Notes under the pieces: generated by a model | What the model saw: the letters and a program-made list of their open reading frames with translations, nothing else | The model's database searches: none | Told to the model about the DNA's origin: nothing | Shown: one piece after another, positions 23,401 through 34,694 of the stretch | Layout of the letters: every line of letters starts with the position of its first letter | Numbering within the stretch: the stretch's first letter is position 1 | Program-made: the position numbers and the translations under genes | Assembly (NCBI GenBank): GCA_965603825.1 | Contig: CBFDEM010000013.1 | Location: forward strand, 310,001-374,000 | Direction of reading: 5' to 3' | Source: Blepharisma stoltei ATCC 30299 | Lineage: Eukaryota; Protista; Ciliophora | Length of the DNA: 64,000 bases

Positions 23401-24311
23401 AATAAACTATTGAGGATTTCCTAAACTTTTTTATTAGAAATTAATTTATATTTTCTCTGATTATAATAAATCGTTAAATTGCTACGACTGGCATTAGAAA
23501 TTATACTATCATATGAATAGATTGTTTTTTGAGTTATTGGATAGATTAAATGTATAAAAATCACAATTATTATATATTCACATTAAAATATTTATTCTGA
23601 AGCGCCTTAAATTATTCATCCAGTAATTAAATAATTGCCTCTTAAAAATTATGACGAATTCGTAATGAGATCTATTATCTTTGTGAGAATAAATAAAATA
23701 AACTAAATTAAAGTTGATATATTATAAAATTTTTTTGATTTTATCCAAATTCCATAATATGCTTACTAATTGCATCTTATAATTTTCCCAGTAGATTATA
23801 AAAATGATATAAGGAAGAAAAAAATTTGCTGATCTTATAAAAATATTGGCATGGCAATTTCTAAGTAAAACAATTTATTCCTTAGATAGCCAATTATGAA
23901 ATCTTAATTTTAGACCATTTTACAAAATGCATAATCCTCTCCTAAGAAATTCATATAAGCTCTGCTATGCAAATTCTGAGCTTTTAATTTGATAATTTAT
24001 AATAACTTTCTTATAATTTTTTGAATATCACTAAGTCCAAAATCCTAATAGATATTCACCAATAATTATTCTAAATTATCAGAGACCAAAAATTATAAAA
24101 TATTAGCTATATTTTGTAATCCCTATTACTCTAATCATCATTGGATCCAGTCATATTAAAATTCAGTAATTGTTTTAAAATTTTACTACATCATTTATAA
24201 ACAGAATTTGAATATTTTATCTTTTTATACCCCATAATTAGGATCTTTCCGTCTATCCAATAATCTTACGCATTACTCCATAATAACCAGTCATTTTCTT
24301 AAAATACATTT

Positions 24312-26303
24312 ATGATTAGAAGGATACTGATTGCCAACAGAGGCGAGATCGCCTGCAGAGTCATGAGGACAGCAAAGCGAATGGGCATTGAGTGTGTGGC
24401 TGTTTACTCTGAGCCAGACAGAAAGTGCAAGCACGTGCAGATGGCTGACAAAGCTTACTTGATTGGCCCAGCTCAATCTACTAAAAGTTACTTAGACATG
24501 AACAAAATACTGTCAGTTTGTATTGATGCCAAAGTTGACGCTGTCCACCCTGGCTACGGCTTCCTTTCAGAGAATTCTAAGTTCATGGACCTCCTTGACC
24601 AAAATGGGATCAAGTTCATTGGTCCTAAAAAGAGAGCCATTAATGACTTAGGAGATAAAATCAACTCCAAAAAACTAGCTGGCAACGCTGGTGTAAACTT
24701 GATTCCTGGCTACATTGGAGAAGTTAGCGAAAATCGTGAAGAAATCCTCAAAATCGCCCATCAAATTGGCTACCCAGTCATGATTAAACCTTCTGCTGGT
24801 GGTGGTGGCAAAGGTATGAGAATTGCTTACACTGATGACGAAATTATTGAGAATTTCAGACTTTCCAAACAGGAAGCAGCCTCTAGCTTCGGCGACGACA
24901 GAATTTTGTTAGAAAAGTACATAGAAGAGCCTAGGCATATTGAAATCAATGTCCTCGGAGATTCCCACGGCAACGTTATTTATCTCCCAGAGCGTGAGTG
25001 TTCAATCCAAAGAAGAAACCAAAAAGTCCTCGAAGAAGCCCCAAGTCCTTTCATTGATGAGGAAACCAGAAAAATGATGGGCAAGCAGGCAGTCCAACTT
25101 GCGAAAGCAGTTGACTATGAATCAGCAGGAACTGTCGAATTCATGGTCGATAAGTACAGAAAGTTCTATTTCTTGGAAATGAACACCAGACTTCAGGTTG
25201 AGCATCCAATCACAGAAATGATCACTGGAATCGACCTTGTAGAAGAAATGATTAACGTTGCAAACGGCAAGAAATTGTCCTACACCCAAGACCAAGTCAA
25301 AATCAAGGGCCACGCTGTTGAGTCTAGAGTTTACGCTGAAGATCCATTCAGAGGATTTTTACCAAGCATCGGGCATTTAATTAAATACAGAGAGCCTTCA
25401 CACCCTAACATCAGAATCGATACTGGCGTTAGAGAAGGAGATGAAATCTCAATGCATTATGACCCTCTCATTTCTAAGACCATCACCTGGGCCGAAAATC
25501 GTCAAGGAGCCATTGACTTGATGAAGACTGCTTTAGATACCTATGTCATTAGAGGATTGGGCCATAATATTCCTTTCTGTAGAGATGTCCTTAGACAGCC
25601 AGCCTTTGTTTCTGGAAAATACTCCACTAAGTTCATTCCTTTGACTTACCCTGATGGATTCCACCCATCTCCACTTTCCCAAGGCGCCAAAACTGATCTT
25701 GCCTCCATCATTGCAGCAATGAAAGAGGTCACTGACTCCTTTGCCCTCCAAAAGCCAGAGAAGTTTGTTCCATTTGTCATCAAAGCTTTCGACGAGTTCT
25801 ATGCCATTCAACAAAACGAAAAAGGCCAAAAGACCATCCTCAAGATTGACACTGAAGGCAACGGAATCGGAGAAGAAACTGTTTTACAGGAAGTCAAGAT
25901 TAACTGGAATAACACAGACCCTCTAATTTCTGGAGAAGTAGGAGGCAAGACCCATCACGTTCAGTTCTTCGGACATACAGCAACAGGATATCAACTCTTC
26001 AGCAAAGGACAAAGCATCAATGTGGATATCTTAAATGCTCACCAGTTTGAATTCCAAAAATGGATGCCTAAGGCTTCTGATGCTCACTCTCAGAAAGAAG
26101 CTCTTGCACCAATGCCTGGATCTGTCATTTCAGTTGCAGTTCAGCCTGGACAAAAGGTTGAAGTTGGGCAAGAACTTTGCGTACTCGAAGCTATGAAGAT
26201 GAGAAACATCATCAGATCAGAGAAGAAAGGAGTCGTTAAGGTTGTTTCTTGCAGCGCTGGACAAAGCGTACAAGTTGATCAGGTCTTATTTGAATACGAA
26301 TAA
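24312..26303 (+). CDS. PCCA: Propionyl-CoA carboxylase alpha chain (biotin carboxylase + biotinyl domain)
   Basis: ANRGEIAC, HPGYGFLSEN, GGGGKGMR, FLEMNTRLQVEHP, YAEDP..GFLPSIG, EAMKM. Methylcrotonyl-CoA carboxylase alpha is the less likely alternative. Confidence 0.88.
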   Translation: MIRRILIANRGEIACRVMRTAKRMGIECVAVYSEPDRKCKHVQMADKAYLIGPAQSTKSYLDMNKILSVCIDAKVDAVHPGYGFLSENSKFMDLLDQNGIKFIGPKKRAINDLGDKINSKKLAGNAGVNLIPGYIGEVSENREEILKIAHQIGYPVMIKPSAGGGGKGMRIAYTDDEIIENFRLSKQEAASSFGDDRILLEKYIEEPRHIEINVLGDSHGNVIYLPERECSIQRRNQKVLEEAPSPFIDEETRKMMGKQAVQLAKAVDYESAGTVEFMVDKYRKFYFLEMNTRLQVEHPITEMITGIDLVEEMINVANGKKLSYTQDQVKIKGHAVESRVYAEDPFRGFLPSIGHLIKYREPSHPNIRIDTGVREGDEISMHYDPLISKTITWAENRQGAIDLMKTALDTYVIRGLGHNIPFCRDVLRQPAFVSGKYSTKFIPLTYPDGFHPSPLSQGAKTDLASIIAAMKEVTDSFALQKPEKFVPFVIKAFDEFYAIQQNEKGQKTILKIDTEGNGIGEETVLQEVKINWNNTDPLISGEVGGKTHHVQFFGHTATGYQLFSKGQSINVDILNAHQFEFQKWMPKASDAHSQKEALAPMPGSVISVAVQPGQKVEVGQELCVLEAMKMRNIIRSEKKGVVKVVSCSAGQSVQVDQVLFEYE

Positions 26304-26543
26304 ATTAAACTTAAGGCCAATTACAAAACATGACTTATTAATTTTTAAGTTTTAAGAGTTGGGTAATGAATGTTTTAAATTTCATTACTGAATTATTAAA
26401 AGCAGAATTTTTTATTCTTTAAAATATAGAGCCAAAATGAGATATTTTAAGTCAATATAGCTCTTTTATATTTTTTAAGGTCTAGAATTTGAATAAAAAG
26501 CAGGAGTATAGTTATAATACATTAATTTGATAAAGATATCTAT

Positions 26544-28085
26544 TTATTCTTCCACTAAAGGAAGAGGAGCTCTGCAAGTTGGGCACTCCATTTTTATTGC
26601 CATCCAGTGTTTTAAGCAATCTTCATGGAATTGATGATGGCATGGAGCCATCATTACTTTAAGCTCTTTTGTGTTTTCTATCATAGGGTTGGCATGGCCT
26701 ACCAGCGGTGTAATACAAATTATGCATTCATTGTTGTATATTCCTCTTTCTGCTTCAGGATGCCCATAGTAGCTATAAAGCTTCGGCCTCAGCACTCTTG
26801 GGATAAAGAACCTCGGCCCTACACTTGTTCCTTGTAGAAGGACAGTTGTATACTGTAAAATGATATATGATGATATCCAAAACAAATAATTATAATTTGG
26901 CTTGCTTTTTAGGATATTATTTGCATACCCAAAGAAATAGAAAAGCATTCCTAATTTTGAAATGACCATTAAGAAAAGATTCAAATGGTTTATTGACAAT
27001 TTATACCCATACATTGCATTAACAACAATTTGAGGAATAAGAAATCCTTGAAAAACAAATAATAAGGACATAATATGCCTGTAAAACAGAAATATAAACC
27101 CTGCTGCCAGTGTGACTGACACTAAAAATGATTTTTGAAAGATTTTCAAATTTTTATTGAATATTTCCATATTTCCAGAAAAATGGGCTGCGTATTGAGA
27201 TTTCCAAACAATATTTGAAAGTTTGCCTTGAATAATCAAAAAGACACCAAGAGATATCAATGACGACAGGATCAAGTAATTAAACCCTTGAGCACTCTTT
27301 AAAGCCAAATTACACTGAAATATCGACGAAAACAAATCCATAGACGCATGCATACCCAACATCAGTATGGATGTTTTCCTTGCGAAACTGTCTGAGCTAC
27401 AGTCATTGATATGCCTAATAAATGCTAAAATGGCAATCTCAGAAAGTGTCGAGCTGATTAAACTAAAAGTTACAATAACTTCGCTTTCTTCTGACTTCTC
27501 AAATTCATGAACATTTAGTTCAATATCCAAATTGCAATCTTTACTCACAAGCTCACCTTTAGCTGATTTTTCAGTTCCATTGATTTGTGAATAACTAATT
27601 TTCGTTAAATAAGCGCATTGCTTGATGTCTATTTCCTGATGTGATACAAATAAGAAGCCTTGATTTTCTTCTTCCATATCATTAGTTTCATTAGCATTGG
27701 ATTTTGTTTCGAATTCTAAACAATAAAGCTCACTACTTTCCCATATTCCGTCATATAGAAATATGCTAAAATCTGAGAAATTCGATGCTCTTAAGATATG
27801 GAAATAGGATAACCCACTTGTTTTTGACAGTAGATTTAAGACTGGAGACTCTGACCTTGATTTCCAAGTGCCCTTATAGTCTATTTTTTTACCCTCTGCG
27901 TTTTTTGAATCAGCTTCTGAGGTATGAACTAAGGAATATTCAATATTATGCTTGGCATCTGTTTTGAAAAGTGGAAAAATCACAGGGTTGTCGCTAGGGT
28001 TTGAAAACAATATCGAAAAAAGAGCTATTAGTGTAGCAAATAAGCTGATCACTAGAATGATTTTCTTACTCTCTGAATCTGCCAT
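26544..28085 (-). CDS. Transmembrane RING-H2 E3 ligase (Tul1/Dsc1/FLY-like)
   Basis: N-terminal TM, about 7 TM helices, GPRFFIP motif, CIIC...MMAPCHHQFHEDCLKHWMAIKMECPTCR. Confidence 0.88.
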   Translation of the reverse strand: MADSESKKIILVISLFATLIALFSILFSNPSDNPVIFPLFKTDAKHNIEYSLVHTSEADSKNAEGKKIDYKGTWKSRSESPVLNLLSKTSGLSYFHILRASNFSDFSIFLYDGIWESSELYCLEFETKSNANETNDMEEENQGFLFVSHQEIDIKQCAYLTKISYSQINGTEKSAKGELVSKDCNLDIELNVHEFEKSEESEVIVTFSLISSTLSEIAILAFIRHINDCSSDSFARKTSILMLGMHASMDLFSSIFQCNLALKSAQGFNYLILSSLISLGVFLIIQGKLSNIVWKSQYAAHFSGNMEIFNKNLKIFQKSFLVSVTLAAGFIFLFYRHIMSLLFVFQGFLIPQIVVNAMYGYKLSINHLNLFLMVISKLGMLFYFFGYANNILKSKPNYNYLFWISSYIILQYTTVLLQGTSVGPRFFIPRVLRPKLYSYYGHPEAERGIYNNECIICITPLVGHANPMIENTKELKVMMAPCHHQFHEDCLKHWMAIKMECPTCRAPLPLVEE

Positions 28086-28243
28086 TTTAATTATAATTTT
28101 GGATTCTTTACTGAATTTTTATAGCATTTGCCCTCTTTCAAAAACTGAATTACAGCAGAAGACCTCTAGATTTGAATCTAAAGACTTCTTATTTTCTTTT
28201 GAAGTCATATTTCTAGAATCGACTTTATTTTATAAAAATAAAA

Positions 28244-28429
28244 ATGAGCAATCTAAACCTAATGGCATATTTTGGAGCTGGAATTGTTTTGACATCATTT
28301 ATTTATGGCATTGTTTATATTATAAGTCCACCCCAGCCAAGATATCCCCCTCCTCAGTATTCTCAGCCTCGCAATCTCGGAGACCAAATATCGAAGATAG
28401 ATTTTAGTTCTCAAGATAGACGATTTTAA
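28244..28429 (+). CDS. Small single-TM protein (61 aa)
   Basis: AAAATG start, hydrophobic helix, Pro-rich tail, TAA stop. Confidence 0.5.
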   Translation: MSNLNLMAYFGAGIVLTSFIYGIVYIISPPQPRYPPPQYSQPRNLGDQISKIDFSSQDRRF

Positions 28430-28462
28430 TAAATAACAAAGCTATTAAGCTAATTAATTAAT

Positions 28463-29356
28463 ATGGACTCAGATTCAAGTGATAAGCCTGATTCACCTAT
28501 AAATCGTCCAAGCACTATTGATATCCAAATTCAATTCGGCACTCCCCCAAACGTAGAGAATGAGCTCGTAAGCAATGTCACAGAACCTCATTTGGTTTGC
28601 AATTGTGTCTCTGAAGTTCTTTTGGCTCCTTTGATCAATTATTTAAAAACGCTTGGATATCCCTTAGATAATGCAATGATATGATACTATTCGCCGACTG
28701 CTCGGCTAAATGTTTATTGTGGCAATGATCCACTTCCGTTTTCTATATCGATCCCAATGTTCGAAATTAAGGATAACAAGCTTTCTTTAATTTGCCGAGG
28801 CGCTATAAGGAACAAATTTGGAACCGTAGTAACATTGGGATCAACCCCTAGTGCCAAATCCAAGCCCGATGAAGAGGCATCAAACGACCAAAAATCATCA
28901 AGGCGGACAAAAGAACGAAAAATAGGGTACATCATAGAAAAAGTCAGCAAGTGACGAAAATTGTATAACGGAACACCTAATACAAAAGGGGAGCTCCAAA
29001 AAATGACTTTGGAAGAAGCCGCCACAAAAGTTGGAATTTCAAAGAAATCTTTAGATGATTATTTATTGCAGCTGAGATTTGGAAGAAAATTCGGGTTCAA
29101 TTTTCAGGAACATAAAGATGATAAGGTAGGAATTCTGAGAGCTTATGTCAAAAAGTGCAAAACACTGCATACTTATGCTAAGAAGATCGAAGACGGTGAA
29201 CCCATTCCTGCAGACATCATTTCAAAATTGCAGGAGCCTGGAACTCCAGCATGCAAGCATAATCGATGCTGTGCACCAAGCTATTCACTGCCGTACAAAC
29301 ACTCAGATTCCCAGCCATCTCTGCCATTAATATACCCAAGTTACCCTAGCTTTTAG
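28463..29356 (+). CDS. Ciliate-type helix-turn-helix putative DNA-binding protein (~297 aa)
   Basis: Three ORFs join through TGA 28682 and 28952; ERKIGYIIEKVSKWRKLY...TLEEAATKVGISKKSLDDYLLQLR resembles an HTH. Confidence 0.75.
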
Positions 29357-29540
29357 TAAATGATGCAGTGATTATCTCTAATTTTAAAAAAATTTATATT
29401 TATTATGATTTAAATAATTCCTAAGAACTCAGCTAAATTTAATATTAAATAGCCTTAATTATTAATAAAGAATCCAACATGACTAGGCCGCTTTCTAATT
29501 TATATATTAAATAGCCATTTTTGTAAAACTATAGCTTAAT

Positions 29541-30563
29541 ATGGATCAGTTGTCTCCTGAAATCCGAGCACTCTATGAAAAAAGACTTTGGCATGAACTT
29601 ACAGAAAAACTTATGACCTTAGATGGCACAACGATAAGCAATATTTGGCCTCAGATTTGTCAATTTTCTGAAAGACTGAATCAGGTTAAGCTTGTCCTCC
29701 TTGCAATAAAAGCATCAGACTGGCAAGATCCATCTACAGCCCGAGTATTTTTGGAAAGTGTTCAAGCTACAGATATCCAATCAGGACTTCTATTAAGAAT
29801 AGCTATCGGAAGCCAGTCATTAAAGCAAGGAAACATATCTGAGGCCGCCCAGATGCTAGAAACAGCTCAAAAAGAAGCAGAAGTGCTTTCAGATCTTGAC
29901 AGCGTTTTATATTCTCATTTATATGGAGCCTTGGCTGCTATTCATAAAGTAAAAAATAACCCTGAGCTTTTCTATCGGTATAGTTTGCAATACCTTGCGT
30001 ATACTGCTTCAGAAGACGTAAAAGATAAAGAAAATTTAGCATTCCAGCTTGCAGTAGCAGTTCTAGTCTCTGAAAAGATATACAACTTAGGAGAACTTAT
30101 GCAGCAGCCTCTGTTTAAGTCATTAGAAGGAAGCAAACATCATTGGATTTATGAGCTTTTACACTTATGTGACCAAGGCAATGTGAGAGAAATCGAAGCA
30201 AGGTTTGAAGGGTTCCCTCAGGAATTAAAGACACCTGAGTTAATTCGGAAAGTTAGGATTTTGGCAATGATGGAATATATTTTCAAGAACGATAAGTGGC
30301 AGCTTGAGTTTGGAGAGCTTGCGAATGTTATGGATGTCCCTGAAAGTAGCATTGAATGGCTGCTTATGAAAGCCATGGCGTTGGAGCTGATAAAAGGAGA
30401 AATTGATGAAGTCAACAAAACTGTGAGAATAACTTGGCTGCAGCCCAGAGTTTTGGATACATCAAGGATACACTTGATACAGAATAGACTTGGAGAATGG
30501 AAAACAACTGTTAATGAAGTCTTGAAGCATTTAGAAGACCAGTCTAAAGAGCTCTTAGAATAA
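29541..30563 (+). CDS. RPN9: 26S proteasome lid subunit Rpn9/PSMD13
   Basis: YEKRLWHELT, IYNLGEL and PCI domain LLMKAMALELIKGEIDEV...WLQPRVL. Confidence 0.93.
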   Translation: MDQLSPEIRALYEKRLWHELTEKLMTLDGTTISNIWPQICQFSERLNQVKLVLLAIKASDWQDPSTARVFLESVQATDIQSGLLLRIAIGSQSLKQGNISEAAQMLETAQKEAEVLSDLDSVLYSHLYGALAAIHKVKNNPELFYRYSLQYLAYTASEDVKDKENLAFQLAVAVLVSEKIYNLGELMQQPLFKSLEGSKHHWIYELLHLCDQGNVREIEARFEGFPQELKTPELIRKVRILAMMEYIFKNDKWQLEFGELANVMDVPESSIEWLLMKAMALELIKGEIDEVNKTVRITWLQPRVLDTSRIHLIQNRLGEWKTTVNEVLKHLEDQSKELLE

Positions 30564-30668
30564 AATCATTATTTTAAAGAAAAATCATGCTTTCTTATTA
30601 TATCTTGATTCACTGTAAATTTATATTTATTGATAATGAATTTGCCTAATCCTTTAGCTAAATAAAAT

Positions 30669-30917
30669 ATGCAAAATCTCTCTGAACAGCAGCTGCAGCA
30701 AATGATGGTGCTTGAAGAGATGAAGCACTACAACAAAATGGTTTCAACGTGCTTTAAGGAATGCATACTCACAATGACCAGCAAAACTCTAGCACCTCAA
30801 GAGAAAACTTGTATGGAAAATTGTTTTAGGAAGACATCGAAGTTCAATGAAAAATTAGTCCAATCATTGAATTTTGTGACCATTGCGAGATCAAATCAGC
30901 AGCAGATTCAGCAATAA
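30669..30917 (+). CDS. Small Tim chaperone (Tim9/Tim10 family)
   Basis: Twin CX3C motif (CFKEC, CMENC) in an 82-aa protein. Confidence 0.85.
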   Translation: MQNLSEQQLQQMMVLEEMKHYNKMVSTCFKECILTMTSKTLAPQEKTCMENCFRKTSKFNEKLVQSLNFVTIARSNQQQIQQ

Positions 30918-31153
30918 ACATAAAAATCTTTTAACAAAATAAAATCTCATTATTTATCAAATTTGAAATAAGTGTGAAATTATGCTATTCTTAAAATTAG
31001 TGGTATTTAGCTAACAGAAATCAATACTTTTTTAGGATAAATCTATCAATAATTGTCTAATAATCATAATAGTTATATGCTACGCCAACAAACACCACAC
31101 AGAATCCTTTTCATTAGAAAGTTTAAATGTGATTTATTAACTCCAGATTTTAA

Positions 31154-31744
31154 ATGGCAAAATTTTACCTTGAGCACTATCAGTTACCTAGACAGAGCGT
31201 CATTGAAGACTTCTATGAAGAAGTGCAAGAAACTGAAAAGTATCGCCTAAAAGAAATAAATGCAGCAGTAAAAATCCAAGCTCTCTGAAGAATGTATCGA
31301 CAACGCAAGCATTACCTCGAAGAGCAATGGGCTGTGAAAATCATCAAAAGAGTCTACATCGGCTACCGCACTCGCAAGAACTTCTGGAAGCTCATAAACC
31401 AGCAGCTATCTCACTATCGTCTCATGTTTTATTCATCTGCAGCCACTGCAATCCAAAGAATTTACCGTGGATTTTATTCTCGAAAATACTTCCACGACTT
31501 CGGAGCTCGCAAAAAATACCTCAAACACATAGAAGGCAAAAACGAGCGAAGAATCGCCAAAATGCATGAATACGCAAAGCAGCAAGAATTAGAAGAACAG
31601 CGACGACAAGAAGACTATGCACGAATGGAATTCTATAAACTAGCAAGTTCTCTTCATCATTTAACCTCTACCAAAGCAATCCCTGGCGTCTACCGAGGTT
31701 TAGAAGAAGTTTCTGATTTCGGAAAGCACACTTTAAAGGCTTAA
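31154..31744 (+). CDS. SPATA17: SPATA17-like IQ-motif protein (~196 aa)
   Basis: ATG 31154; IQALW(TGA 31286)RMY..RK, IQRIYRGFYSRKY and HHLTSTKAIPGVY. Confidence 0.75.
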
Positions 31745-31775
31745 ATAACTGTTTATATCTCTCATAAGAATGCAA

Positions 31776-32861
31776 CTATTCATTATTATTCATTGATCTC
31801 AAGCTCTTGTATAAAGCCTGCGCCTCTTTCATTGATGTGAATTCTTGACTAAAATGCTGAATTTCAACAAGCAGGTCTTGTGCGCCGAGAAGTTTGTTTT
31901 TTAGTAAGGAGTTTATAAAAACGCAAAGGAGTCTGACTAGCCTGGTTTGTGTGTACTTGTCTCTGATCATTTTGCAGGAATTCATGCAATTTGAGATAAA
32001 TAAATGTAGGAATTCTAAAGGGAGCTCGATTATCATTGCAAGCTTATTAACCACTTCTAAAGAGTTCAGGCTCAAAGGCATTTGGACGAGCTCTCCAAAG
32101 TAGTCTTGGACTTTGCTGGAATTTGCGATTCTGACTATCATTTCTATAGCGATGGCTGGGTTTTTGTTAACTAAGTCACTCAAGTTCTTGTGGCTTAAAC
32201 CGCTTTTTAGCACAAGTTTTGGCTCTTGTTCCAATGCAGCTATTACTGTGCTGGTTTGTTCTGGAGATAGCTTGGATTGTAACGAAATTCTGAGGAGGTC
32301 TCTGATATTTTCATATATAGAGCTTTCAGATTCATGCTCATCTCAAAGAATTTCTGGGACTGTCATTGGAGACAGCCATTTTGTTTCGCTGGACGAAATT
32401 TCCACAAATTCTGGAATTGGCCTCAGAAATTCTGGCTCATATCTTCCAAGAACAGAATTTGATTTATCCTTGCTGCCTCCATTAACAAGAGGCCTTACCG
32501 CTCTCGATCTTTTTATATGATCAAGCTCTTTGGCTTCGCCGGTTAGTTTGACTACATCAGAAGGAGCCATTCGGCCTACTTCTCTTGATCTAAGCCAGTC
32601 CTGCAAAAGTAATTTTTCCCAAGGGTAAGGAGACAAGTCAGTGAGCTCTGCAATTGTAGAAAGAAAAGCATTTTCTGATTGCTTGCTGATCTCTAGTAAG
32701 ATGTAAATGGCAATCGTACGCTCGTGCACTGTTAGGGAGTCGTCTTGAAGCCAAGCAAGAAGTTCATATGCTGCCTGGAAGGTGGTGGTTTTAGGAACTA
32801 TTTTAAGGAAAGTTTGAAATGCTGCATCGAGAGTCTTTTCTTTTAAAATTTGAGAGTCCAT
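31776..32861 (-). CDS. CNOT11: CCR4-NOT subunit 11 (~361 aa)
   Basis: PEFLRPIP..WLSP...W(TGA 32343)D, LVNKNPAIA, SLEVVNKL, FLHLFISNC and RLVRLLCVF. Confidence 0.9.
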
Positions 32862-33230
32862 TTAATTATAAAATGAAAAGAGTTCTTCCTGGCAGAGCAA
32901 GATAATTGATAAACTTATAAGTGTTTATTGGCTTTATGGAAACTTGATTCATATTAATTAGATATTATTTGTCAATTTAAAGTTGTTTAGCTTATTCTTA
33001 GTGCCCACTTATATCTTTATAAAAGCGGATTAGAGCCATTAGAAAATAATATAATTAGGCTTACTATGTACAATAGAAAATAGCTTAAAAATAAATATAA
33101 GCTGAACAATTGTTTCTTCAAAATTAATAAAATTTGACAATTGAAATTTCAGGTAAGATATACTTTATGGTGTCATATTTTAATCAAAAGTAATGTGTTA
33201 CTTCCACATTATACTTAGATACTCAAAAAC

Positions 33231-34694
33231 ATGGAATCTAAGCCAAAGTGCACGAACCACGAAAAAGATGCTGATTTCTATTGCCGAACTCCTAACTGCA
33301 TGTATGGGTATTGTGTCAGCTGCGGGATGAACCACTTAGGCCATGATTATCTAAAAATAGATGACCCTTCCCTTCCAAACATACTTTCATGCGACATCTC
33401 AGTATTTTTATTAAATCAGCAAAAACTTTACGATCAAAGCTATAAAGAGCATGAAGCCATAGAATTGAATTTACGTCAAATCCAAAATGAAGTCAGCCAA
33501 GTGATTATGGACATCGAAGGATATTTTGATGATTTAGTCGAGGCTTTAAAAGCTCGGGAAATAGAACTTATTAGAGAAGCGTCAACCAAAGGCATGATTA
33601 TTGAAGCAGAAATAAGAGAAGACTTAGAAGAATGCGAAAAAGTCATGAAATCTCAAAAGGAAATTATTGATAGTATTACCGCCTTAAAAGATAGCTTTGA
33701 AGCAATGGAATTTACTGAGAAGGTAGAGAAAACTTATGACTTATACAACAAATTCGTAGTCCCTAAGTCTTACAAACAAGAGAGGATTTATGTTTTTCAC
33801 GCCGGATTTGATTATGATCCTTATTTTAAAGAGGAATTTCAGAGCGTCGGGAGAGTTCATACTCAACAAGATGAATTTAATGGCTACAAGCAAAATTCCT
33901 TTAATTTTTTCAAAGAGTTTGCAAAGGATATATATAAATATGATATCACTCACCAAGCTTGGGAAATCAACCCGAGCATCAGCATCCCTCGTTTGCACCA
34001 TTTTAACGTTGTTTATGCAAAAGACAGAGACGAATATATAATTGTAGGATGCACTGCAAATCAAAGTAAACTTATTAAATACTATGCAACTCAAGACAAA
34101 TTAGAACAATTTGATCTTGGCTTTGAATATCCTCAATGAAGCTTTTCCTGCTATTATTGGGGAAAATTATTCCTTTTAGGAGGAGAAATCAACGACTCAA
34201 GCATCCAGAAATGCAAAGCCTATACTCCAAGGACTAATACGTGGTCAGATGTAACAGAGCTTTTAATCGCCAGAGATTCTTCATCTGTAATAGGGTTTGA
34301 AAATAAGTATTTATATGTGTTTGGAGGTTATTCCAACGGAATTTCCTTAAAATCTATTGAGAGGTATCATAAAGATGCTTCAAGGTGGGAACTGCTTCAT
34401 GTGCAAATGCCTATGCCTTTGGCATTTATATCAATTGTAAGCACAGGAATTGAATTGGTGCTATTTGGAGGCGAGTGTAATGAAAGAAGCTCAGATCAGG
34501 TCTTTAAGTGAAATGGCTATAATGATTTTAAAGAATGTCCGAGGCTCTCAGCACCCTTCACATGTGGAGGTTCTGATATTATAGTCTTCATTTCAGGCAA
34601 TGTTTATATAATTAGAGCAGAAGACTCTGATTTTCCTACAGCAGAGATATATCCCATTAGTAATATTAAATTTAATGAAACAGATACTATTTAG
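33231..34694 (+). CDS. B-box + coiled-coil + Kelch-repeat protein (~487 aa)
   Basis: CTNH...YC..C..C...H.GH B-box; Kelch GG motifs (FLLGG, YVFGG, VLFGG); TGA at 34137 and 34509; stop TAG 34692-34694. Confidence 0.82.
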
